64,000 bases of DNA from Macrostomum hystrix (taxonomy: Eukaryota > Animalia > Platyhelminthes): positions 13,640,001-13,704,000 of the forward strand of contig CATNEN010000003.1 in NCBI GenBank assembly GCA_950097015.1, given 5' to 3'. Below the pieces are notes generated by a model. The model made no database searches and was not told where the DNA came from. It saw only the letters and a list, made by a program, of their open reading frames with translations. The translations under genes were made by a program, and so were the position numbers. Of the stretch, positions 24,301 through 36,300 are shown piece by piece (positions within the stretch are counted from its first letter, which is position 1; each line of letters begins with the position of its first letter).

Positions 24301-27300
24301 TTAAAAGCTTCCTTTCCTCTGTTCTGGCCACTAGCCAGACACTGAATTTGGCGAGAGGTAGGCTAGGAGGATAATATTTGTAACATTCCCTTTCCCCATT
24401 TCTCCCCCCCCCCAATCTCAAATCCCATCTTTCTGTCCTCCCAGACTGCGCTTATTGATTAATCTGCCTTTACAATTTTCTCTCTCTCCTCTTCCCTTGT
24501 GAAAACTCTACTCGCGGGGATAGAAAATATCCCTAACTTCATCCAGTTGTCTAACCTCTGAATGTACTCACGTGTACTCGCAGCCTCTATGTCTGTCTTT
24601 TCTTTTCATTCCGTTTCTTCCCCATCAACTTACAGAGCTGCTGGGAGTACACTCACGACTTCCCCTCCCCCCCTGCTCAAACTCGTCTCCCCGAGCAAAT
24701 TCCTTTAGCTGAGAACTCTGTCCCTTCTCTGCTGTCTCCCTATTCTCTACAATCGGCCCATGTATATGCATGCGGCTAGCTTCAAGCATTGAAGCCAGCA
24801 TTACAACTCCTCAGTAGAATAACTATATTTCCCATTGTTGATTTTGCAGTTTTTACAAATCCTAATATTTATTATTAGTTTTCTAATTAAACAATAAAAA
24901 ACTACAGGATTTATTATCCGACGAGGTGCCAGCGGCCGAGAGACTCCGCCTACTAACTCAAGAGGCTGCTCAAGTTGAGCAATCTAAACGCGATCTAGAA
25001 GCCGAATTGCAACAGCTCAGAGAAGAAGCTAAGCAGGCTAATTATCTCGTGAGTTTCTCAAAGTGAATCTGTTCAAATTGATTCTTAAATTTTGCTCAGA
25101 TTTATTTTTTTTTAATACATTTTTAACACTTTTAAATTTCTAATAATTTTGCAGGAAAGCAGCTTAGCAACAATCTCAGATGAGAATGAAAAGTTGAAAA
25201 ATAAGCTGCACGAGCAGGAAGCTGAACAGACAGAATTGGTTAGTTATTACAGCATTTCTGATTTACTTAAGTTATCCCATTTAGAAATATTTTCCTTTGA
25301 AGAATTAGGGATGATTTAATAGAATTATCCCATGTATATTTATTGGTAAAATTTTTGTAAATATCCAATGCAGATTGATAATCAGATTCTTGTAAATATC
25401 CCATGCAGATTTAGGATCAGATTCTTGTAAATATCCCATGCAGATTTGGGATCAGATTCTTGTAAATATCCCATGCAGATTTGGGATCAGATTCTTGTAG
25501 ATATCCCATGCAGATTTGGGATCAGATTCTTGTAAATATCCCATGCAGATTTGGGATCAGATTCTTGTAGATATCCCATGCAGATTTGGGATCAGATTCT
25601 TATAAATATCCCACGCAGATTCGGGATCAGCTTTTTGTAGATATCCTTTATGTAAATTTTTGTTTTCCAATATCACTTTTTCGCCATTTAATAAAGTACA
25701 TTTGTCTAAAAAATACTGCTTTCTACGAAACGCAAATCATTTTTTTCAGGTAAATAATCTGTCAAATTTGCACGAACTCAACACTCAGCTAAGTGTGAAA
25801 CTTTCCGATTTACAGACTCAACTGCAAGATGCCGAGGAGGTAATCATGGCTTAATTGTTAAATTTTATTATTTTCTTTGTATTTTTATGGGAATTTTAAT
25901 ATGCAAGTATTGAATATTTAATTATTTAAGTATTTAATATGAAAATATTGTTTTGAGTGATAGAATAAGTTTTTTATTAGTGAGGCTTAACATGATTAGT
26001 AATAGGTCATAGGATTAGTGATAGCTCATAGGATTTGTGATAGGTCATAGGATTAGTGATAGCTCATAGGATTAGTGATAGCTCATAGGATTTGTAATAG
26101 GTCATAGGATTAGTGATAGGTCATAGGATTAGTGATAGGTCATAGGATTAGTGATAGGTCATAGGATTAGTGATAGGTCATAGGATTAGTGATAGGTCAT
26201 AGGATTAGTGATAGGTCATAGGATTAGTGATAGGTCATAGGATTAGTGATCGCTCATAGGATTAGTGATAGCTCATAGGATTAGTGATATCTCATAGTAT
26301 TAGTGATATCTCATAGTATTAGTGATATCTCATAGTATTAGTGATAGGTCATAGGATTAGTGATAGCTCATAGGATTAGTGATGAGTGACAGGATTAGTG
26401 ATGAGTGACAGGATTAGTGATAAGTGACAGGATTAGTGATGAGTGACAGGATTAGGGATGAGTGACAGGATTAGGGATGAGTGACAGGATTAGTGATGAG
26501 TGACAGGATTAGTGATAAGTGACAGGATTAGTGATGAGTGACAGGATTAGTGATGAGTGACAGGATTAGTGATGAGTGACAGGATTAGTGATGAGTGACA
26601 GGATTAGTGATAAGTGACAGGATTAGTGATGAGTGACAGGATTAGTGATGAGTGACAGGATTAGTGATGAGTGACAGGATTAGTGATGAGTGACAGGATT
26701 AGTGATGAGTGACAGGATTAGGGATGAGTGACAGGATTAGGGATGAGTGACAGGATTAGGGATGAGTGACAGGATTAGGGATGAGTGACAGGATTAGTGA
26801 TGAGTGACAGGATTAGTGATAAGTGACAGGATTAGGGATGAGTGACAGGATTAGGGATGAGTGACAGGATTAGGGATGAGTGACAGGATTAGGGATGAGT
26901 GACAGGATTAGGGATGAGTGACAGGATTAGGGATGAGTGACAGGATTAGGGATGAGTGACAGGATTAGTGATGAGTGACAGGATTAGTGATAAGTGACAG
27001 GATTAGGGATGAGTGACAGGATTAGGGATGAGTGACAGGATTAGTGATGAGTGACAGGATTAGGGATGAGTGACAGGATTAGTGATGAGTGACAGGATTA
27101 GGGATGAGTGACAGGATTAGGGATGAGTGACAGGATTAGTGATGAGTGACAGGATTAGGGATGAGTGACAGGATTAGTGATGAGTGACAGGATTAGGGAT
27201 GAGTGACAGGATTAGGGATGAGTGACAGGATTAGTGATAAGTGACAGGATTAGTGATGAGTGACAGGATTAGTGATGAGTGACAGGATTAGTGATGAGTG

Positions 27301-30300
27301 ACAGGATTAGTGATGAGTGACAGGATTAGGGATGAGTGACAGGATTAGGGATGAGTGACAGGATTAGTGATGAGTGACAGGATTAGTGATGAGTGACAGG
27401 ATTAGTGATGAGTGACAGGATTAGGGATGAGTGACAGGATTAGTGATGAGTGACAGGATTAGTGATGAGTGACAGGATTAGTGATAGCTCATAGGATTAG
27501 TGATAGCTCATAGGATTAGTGATAGCTCACAGGATTAGTGATGAGTGACAGGATTAGTGATGAGTGACAGGATTAGTGATGAGTGACAGGATTAGGGATG
27601 AGTGACAGGATTAGGGATGAGATACAGGATTAGTGATGAGTGACAGGATTAGTGATGAGTGACAGGATTAGTGATAGCTCATAGGATTAGTGATAGCTCA
27701 TAGGATTAGTGATAGCTCACAGGATTAGTGATGAGTGACAGGATTAGGGATGAGTGACAGGATTAGTGATAGCTCATAGGATTAGTGATAGCTCATAGGA
27801 TTAGTGATAGCTCACAGGATTAGTGATGAGTGACAGGATTAGTGATGAGTGACAGGATTAGGGATGAGTGACAGGATTAGGGATGAGTGACAGGATTAGT
27901 GATGAGTGACAGGATTAGGGATGAGTGACGGGGATGGTTTAAAATTCTTGAGGTTGAAAACAAAGATAAGGGATGAAAGAATAGAGTAAAGACTGTAAAT
28001 GGTGAAAGTTAATGTTTTTGCTTGTTGGTGATTGTTTTGGTATTTGGTATTTGTTTAAATCATTTTCCTCGCTTATAAAATATAAAAAAACTCACTGTAC
28101 GGCAGGTAAAGCAGATTAATCAACAGTTGGCCAGCGATTTGTTAACAGTTAATTCTGATTTGACAACTAGCCGCTTGGAGACCGAGACTTTGCGCTCACA
28201 GATGGCAGAGATGGAGCTCATTATGAAGGTGAGGAAGTGTTCTTTAAGCCGTGTTGTATTTAATGATACTGCTACAATTTGTAGTTAATACTGTGCAATC
28301 TTTTAGGCCAGAAAACAGTAAAAAATGGAAACTTCTTGGTTTATATAGTGTTCCTAAAATTAGGCAATCCATAGAGGCGATAAATCCATAGAAAAGGAAA
28401 ATCCCTAGATTAACGAAATCCTTAGATTAGCACAATCCCTAGATAAGAGATATCCATTGATTAGCTAAATCCCTAGATTAACGAAATCCTTAGATTAGCA
28501 CAATCCCTAGATTAGAGATATCCATTGATTAGCTAAATCCCTAGATTAACGAAATCCTTAGATTAGCACAATCCCTAGATTAGAGATATCCATTGATTAG
28601 CTAAATCCCTAGATTAACGAAATCCTTAGATTAGCACAATCCCTGGATTAGAGATATCCATTGATTAGCTATATCCCTAGATGAACGAAATCCTTAGATT
28701 AGCACAATCCCTGGATTAGAGATATCCATGGATTAGCTAAATCCATAGTTTACGAAATCCCTAACTTGACAAAATCCCTAGATTAGCTAAATCCCGACAT
28801 AAGCGAAATGCATAGATTAGATTCGAGATCCCTAGCTCCCTAGCTTTTGGATATTTCTAGAGTTGGGTAATCCATGTTTACAATGGGTAAAATCTTGAAA
28901 ATAAGAAATCTATTGGAGTAGGTTAATCTCCAGTTCAGTGAGATCTAAAATCGGTGAACTGGGGCATAAATCAGGAAATAAATTTGCTGCCTCGAGCAGA
29001 ACTAGAAAATAATCTGGGCTTGTTTTACAACCTACTGTTTCCAATAGAACTGAGATTTTTTTTTATTCTCTCTCACTAATTTTGTTATAATTTATAATAA
29101 AGAGCATAAAAAGGCTCAGTTTCAAACTGATTTTGAAATTGCGTGATTACTTTAGTTTAAAAGTACCACATAAAGAATTTTTTCTTTACTTTCTGTGTAA
29201 TATGATTAGTCTTTCCCGGACGTAAATCGCAGCTATATCTATAGATCAGCAGTTCGTATTAGTGCTTGCGTTTTAGCATGATCATTATTGAACTATTTCT
29301 AGAATTCTCAAGTTGCAACATCCTTTAACTCAATTTAAATTCGTCTAGTGCCTATAAAATTCTTTTTGCTTTCACATTGTCTCCTAATTATTAACAGCCA
29401 TTCTCTTCTTAAACTTTAGTTCTTTGGAATCATGTCTAATTTTAGCTTCCGCTCTGATGAATCACCGATTGACGTTTCTATTTTTAGCTACTTGTATCAT
29501 GATGAATCACTTTTTGTTTCTATTTTTAGCTTCTAGCCTAATGAATCACCGCACCGTTCTATTTTTAGCACATGCGCGAGTCCCTGGAGAAGAAGCGAGA
29601 ACTAGAATCGGAGCACGCCAGGCTAAAGCATCTGATTGACGAAAAGTCGCGCGAATCGTTTTATATGAAGAAGGTAGAAAATTTTCTAAAAGCCGAAAGC
29701 TTTAAAGAAAGGCGTATCTTAATTATACACGATTTTCGCCTTTCAATTTCGGATAATTGCGCTCGTAGGAAGAAAAACGAACGCGTGCTTCAACACAAGA
29801 GGAAAAAGCCTGTTCTGATCAAAGACAGATAATGAAAACCTTTAGAAATCTAATAACTTTAATTAATTTCCTTATCTTTACTCCGACTTTTTACTTAACA
29901 AAATGGGATGTTTTTTTACCGCAATGGTGAAGGATTTCTCCTAATATTTGATAGCAATTGTGCTACAATATTAGATTAATTCTAGTGCTATAGACTTTTT
30001 AAATCTTCGCCAATTATGCTTGAAACTGTTAATGAATTAGAGTAAGTTCAATTCTAGTTAGCCTGTCCCTGGGGGATGGACTTTATTCCGATTTCTTTCA
30101 GCATTTCAATCCGGGGCTCATTTTCTCTGACGATGTCTTTCTTTGGCGTACTTTAATTATGCTAATGGCGGCCAACTGGGAGTTTATCAAATTTTCTTGT
30201 AGAAATTGACTTTTTTTAAGGTTATAAATATATACGTAGTATTAGTAAAAAAATAATAATTGCAGGAGGGCTGCGGGCAATGGCACGTCATTTGGTGACA

Positions 30301-33300
30301 CTAGACCCGCAGCCAGCGGGGAGGCAATTCTGCCCATTTCGCTGACTCCTGAGCACACACGCACACAGATGCCGTACGTAGGTACACGCTCACACAGGTG
30401 TGTACATCTGGCCTGACTTTCTCATCGTCAGGCAGTGTACATCTCACTGTGCCTTGGAGGTTGGCCCTGAATGGCGTAAACTGCAAGACAAGCCCCCCAA
30501 GCCTTCTCTCCGCGGCTGCGCCCCAAATAAATGTGGCCTCGCCGTGGAATCGAACTTAGGGACCTTGGTGCGAGAGGCAAACGCGATAACCGCTCTGCCA
30601 CCGACCCCCATCCGTAGTATGGGGGTCGGTGGTGATGAGATGATGCAGGCACATTCGGGTGACATGCTGATAAATTTTGAATGCCTGGCAAGGTCGCACT
30701 GAGGCGCAGTGCAAATTCGCATATGGGAAAAATCCGACCTTCGGCCAGAACCATTGAATATCTAGACGGTCTGAAGAGCTGGCGACTTGATTCTTGTTTC
30801 AGAAGATGCGCAACAAAAAGTTGGTCCATGTTCTTGAGTTTCATGTGCTTGCGTTGCTCCGTTCGGGTGCAGCACAAAAAATTGTCAGGTGTGGGAAAAT
30901 CCCTTTCGGTAGTTCTACTGTTAATGATAATAGTCTTTGTTGCTGCAGTCTCCCTTGTAGATTGCAAAACAATGTTAAATTGTTAATAGTGTGTGAATGT
31001 GTGATTTCCCGGAAGAAATAGTTTCTTAGAAAAAATTATAGCGCAATTATATTTCTCAATGAAATTATCTTTTTTATTATATCGTAATGTGAGATGACCT
31101 CTCCCCCACCCCCCGATTCGTCAACTCTTTCACCTCCTCTCGCCCCGCATAGTCGCGCAAGAAAATTAACATCTGATCTCTAAGTGTACTTTAGATTGGG
31201 AAGACAGAGAGCTACATTTTTTGTGTCTGGCGAAGAAAATTTTCTTTTTTTTGAAGAATTTTATTTTTAAATTGAATGTAGCAAAGCATTATTTGTCTAT
31301 AGATATATGAACTACTTTTTCTTATATGAAAATTTCAGTTTTTGAATTATCACTCTCACTCCAAAAAGTCACTCTCACTCAATGAGATTCACTCTCACTC
31401 CAAAATTATCACTCTCACTCCAAACGATTCACTCTCGATCCAAAAGAGTCACTCTCACTTCAAGACATTCACCCTCACTTAAAAAAAAGTCACTCTCACT
31501 CCAAGAGATTTACTCTTTATCCAAAAAAGTCACTGTCACTCCAAGACATTCACCCTCACTTCAAAAAAGTCACTTTCACTCCAAGAGATTCACTCTTTAT
31601 CCAAAAAGTCACTCTCACTCCACGAGATTCACTCTTTATCCAAAAAAGTCACTCTCACTCCAAGAGATTCACTCTTTATCCAAAAAAGTCACTCTCACTC
31701 CAAGACATTCACCCTCACTTCAAAAAAGTCACTTTCACTCCAAGAGATTCACCCTCACTTCAAAAAAGTCACTCTCACTCCAATAGATTCACTCTTTATC
31801 TAAAAAGTCACTCTCACTCCAAGACATTCACCCTCACTTCAAAAAGGTCACTTTCACTCCAAGAGATTCACCCTCACTTCAAAAAAGTCACTCTCACTCC
31901 AATAGATTCACTCTTTATCCAAAAAAGTCACTCTCACTCCAAGAGATTCACTCTTTATCCAAAAAAGTCACTCTCACTCTAAAAGATTCACTTTCACTTA
32001 AAAATGTCACTTTCACTCAATGAGATTCACTATTACGAGCGTACTCTAAAAAGTCACTCTCACTCCAAGATATTCACTCTCACTCTCACACACACAGACA
32101 AGTACACGAACCAACATTACGCGCCTTTGTTAATTTGCCTCACAATAATTTTCCTATCATATTTTGCTAATCTTTCTGCTCTACTGTTGTCAACTCGAAG
32201 CCTACTATCTTGACTACTGGGTGATGCGTGTAGAATTAATTCCCCAATAATTCTAACAACATTTTATCGGTCGATTTATAATTTGCAAACTGCAGCCTGA
32301 AACAGACAGACAGACAGACAGACAGAGGCACAGCATGGGAATGCTTAATTTCGTATTCCCATTGGTCAGTTGATCGCTTATCTATTCGCTTTGAATTTCT
32401 CATATTTCTGCGCCTGTCCAGTGTGGTGTCTCTCTGCTTCTTCCACTCTCTCTCTCTATGCATGTGTTTTTTCCTGTCCGCCTGTGTATTTTGGTGTGTT
32501 TCGCATTTTACTAAATTCTCACTCTGTTCGTTCTGGATATTTCGTCTCTGGCCTTCTCTTCAATTTTTTTGGGCGCATGAATAATTTAAACTAGAGGGCA
32601 GGGAGTGAAATGATTAAACATATTGAATAATGATAACGGTTGCTAGGTACTCGTAGTTGTGGGGCGTATTAATAAAAAACGAATTTTAGTTTCTATCTAG
32701 TTTTTCCCCTCTGTTTTGAAAGTAGAACCCGATCAGGTTTTAGGATTTATCTTAGGGGCGTGAACCTTGTTTATGTTTAGTAAAGTTTTATATTGCGAAA
32801 GTTAATCATGAGCAGTTTTTTCCTAATTAGATCTGCTTCAGTGATAAGGTTGTTTGTCTAACCTATACATTTTTGTCTGTTTGTATCTGTCTGACAACCT
32901 GTCATTTCTGTCTTGTCCATCAGTCTGTCTGTCCGTATGCCATTTCTGTCTTGTCCATCAGTCTGTCTGTCCGTATGTCTTTTCTGTCTTGTCCATCAGT
33001 CTGTCTGTCCGTATGTCTTTTCTGTCTTGTCCATCAGTCTGTCTGTCCGTATGTCTTTTCTGTCTTGTCCATCAGTCTGTCTGTCCGTATGTCTTTTCTG
33101 TCTTGTCCATCAGTCTGTCTGTCCGTATGTCTTTTCTGTCTTGTCCATCAGTCTGTCTGTCTGTGTGTCTTTTCTGTCTTGTCCATCAGTCTGTCTGTCC
33201 GTATGTCTTTTCTGTCTTGTCCATCAGTCTGTCTGTCTGTGTGTCTTTTCTGTCTTGTCCATCAGTCTGTCTGTCCGTATGTCTTTTCTGTCTTGTCCAT

Positions 33301-36300
33301 CAGTCTGTCTGTCCGTATGTCTTTTCTGTCTTGTCCATCAGTCTGTCTGTCCGTATGCCATTTCTGTCTTGTCCATCAGTCTGTCTGTCCGTATGCCATT
33401 TCTGTCTTGTCCATCAGTCTGTCTGTCCGTATGCCATTTCTGTCTTGTCCATCAGTCTGTCTGTCCGTATGCCATTTCTGTCTTGTCTATCATTCAGTCT
33501 GTGTGTCTTTTCTGTCTTGTCCATCAGTCTGTCTGTCCGTATGTCTTTTCTGTCTTGTCCATCAGTCTGTCTGTCCGTATGCCATTTCTGTCTTGTCCAT
33601 CAGTCTGTCTGTCCGTATGCCATTTCTGTCTTGTCTATCATTCAGTCTGTCTGTCTGTGTGTCTTTTCTGTCTTGTCTATCATTCTGTCTGTCTGTCATT
33701 TCTGTCTTGTCTATCTGTCTGTCTGGCTATCTGTGTGTCTTTTCTGTCTTGTCTATCAGTCAGTCTGTCTATCTGTGTGTCTTTTCTGTCTTGTCTATCA
33801 GTCAGTCTGTCTATCTGTGTGTCTTTTCTGTCTTGTCTATCTGGCTATCTGTGTGTCTTTTCTGTCTTGTCTATCTGACTATCTGTCTGTCTTGTCTATC
33901 AGTCTGTCTCATTTCTGTCTTGTCTATCTGACTATCTGTGTGTCTTTTCTGTCTTGTCTATCTGACTATCTGTGTGTCTTTTCTGTCTTGTCTATCTGAC
34001 TATCTGTCTGTCTTGTCTATCAGTCTGTCTCATTTCTGTCTTGTCTATCTGGCTATCTGTGTGTCTTTTCTGTCTTGTCTATCTGACTATCTGTGTGTCT
34101 TTTCTGTCTTGTCTATCTGACTATCTGTCTGTCTTGTCTATCAGTCTGTCTTATTTCTGTCTTGTATATCTGTCTGTCTGTCAGTCTGTCTTTACTTTCT
34201 TGTCCATCCGTCTGTCTATCTCTGTGTGACTGTTTTCTACTCTATATTCGTATACTTCTCCCTTTAGCCCCAACTGTTAGCACTCTATTCCCTGTCGCAG
34301 TCTCGACTCTTATCTCTACGCCGGCCTGGATAGCCGGTGCCAATAAAATATTTGCTCATTTTCTACTTATCCACAGAGATGAATAGTTAGATAAAACAAA
34401 GCTTAGCAGTTGATTAATTATCAACTTTGACTGGACTCTTTATCTATTAGTCTATCTACTGGGTGCCTAGAATAAATATATTAGCAAATTATGCATAATG
34501 TAGAATATTGATACGAGATAGTGCACTCTCTGCATGCTAACACTACTAATAAGTCTAATTATATTTTCCCTACAGGGTCCTGACAATTTTGCCGCCCGAG
34601 CAAATGAGGAAACCGTCGACAATTTGAGGGTGAGTAAAAAAACAACACAACCAATGCGATTGTAAAGTATATTGTATGGACATGCTGAGTATTGCATTTC
34701 ATAAGTACTTTGTGTGTATGTAATCTTCTTTGTAATATTATTGCAGTACTCTAAAGCCAATGGGACTCTCTGATTGTCTTAATATTGATTTTCCCTAATC
34801 TTGTCTAGTCTCTGTATCAATCTCATCTAGGTCTTTGTATCAATCTCATCTAGGTCTCTCTATCAATCTCATCTAGGTCTCTTTATCAATATCATCTATG
34901 TCTAAAAATCTAATCTAGGTCTCTGTATCAATCTCATCTAGGTCTCTGTATTAATCTCATCTAGGTCTCTGTATCAATCTCATCTAGGTCTCTGTATTAA
35001 TCTCATCTAGGTCTCTGTATCAATCTCATCTAGGTCTCTGTATTAATCTCATCTAGGTCTCTGTATTAATCTCATCTAGGTCTCTGTATCAATATAATCT
35101 AGGTCTCTGTATCAATCTCATCTAGGTCTAAAAATCTAATCTAGGTCTCTGTATCAATCTCATCTAGGTCTCTGTATTAATCTCATCTAGGTCTCTGTAT
35201 CAATCTCATCTAGGTCTCTGTATTAATCTCATCTAGGTCTCTGTATTAATCTCATCTAGGTCTCTGTATTAATCTCATCTAGGTCTCTGTATTAATCTCA
35301 TCTAGGTCTCTGTATCAATATAATCTAGGTCTCTGTATCAATCTCATCTAGGTCTAAAAATCTAATCTAGGTCTCTGTATTAATCTCATCTAGGTCTCTG
35401 TATCAATATAATCTAGTCTTACTCTAAATTTCTAGAATTGAATTTAAGTCTTATTTGTCTTAATTTTAAACCAGATTTTGTCTCTGTCGGAATCTCATTC
35501 TCTCGCCGTCTCGCCGTTTCTCCCTCGCCCTACCAGACTCAGCTCCGCGAGTTGGAGAAACGCGCCGAGTTGCAATCGCTGCGACACGAGGAGCTCATGC
35601 TGGAATTGGAGTCCGCAAAAAAGAAGCAGAAATATGATGAGCTTCGCGGACTGGGCGTTGCTCCGATGCAGCAACAGCAACAGCAGCAGCATCAGAACTC
35701 TACGGCTACAGTTGTAGTTGGCCCGGATTATATCACCGGATCAAATGGCTACCAGCCGCGTGAGTGTACTTGATCCGTAGAATAATTCATCATATGAGGA
35801 CAGGTAGATAAGATGACAGGTAGATAAGGTGACAGGTAGATAAGGTGACAGGAAGATAAGGTGACAGGTAGATAAGGTGACAGGTAGATAAGGTGACAGG
35901 TAGATAAGGTGACAGGAAGATAAGATGACAGGTAGATAAGGTGACAGGTAGATAAGGTGACAGGAAGATAAGGTGACAGGTAGATAAGGTGACAGGAAGA
36001 TAAGGTGACAGGTAGATAAGGTGACAGGTAGATAAGGTGACAGGTTTATAAGGTAACAGGTAGATAAGACGACAGATAGATAAGATGACAGATAAGGTGA
36101 CAAGTAGATAAAAATATTTAGATAAAAAGGCAGGTTGATAAGGGTACTGCTACTACTAATTACTAAGGAAAATGATAGACAGATAATGCTAATTGGAGAT
36201 AAGAATACCTAGAGATAAGAGAGAAAATTAAAAAAAGAGTTAGTCAAAGGTTAATCAAAACTTACATTTTTTTATTAATATGTACAAATATATATTTGAG

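Noticed and set aside
24148-24830. GC-richer intronic stretch beginning with (CAG)n, possibly a decayed retroelement end
   Set aside because: No ORF, TSD or second copy was identifiable, so the call cannot be supported.
26000-27930. TTAGGG hexamers suggesting interstitial telomeric sequence
   Set aside because: They are single hexamers within one variant of a 19-bp unit, not tandem TTAGGG.
30405-30445. Hammerhead-like CTGACGA-TGA-GAAA on the SINE sense strand
   Set aside because: No helix III or NUH site could be built, the second copy has CTGACAA, and the motif sits in a plain GCCTGAC/GTCAGGC hairpin.
30400-31021. ORFs of 75-179 aa on both strands
   Set aside because: They span a SINE/dispersed-repeat junction, have no recognisable domain, and the frame is not preserved in the homologous copies.
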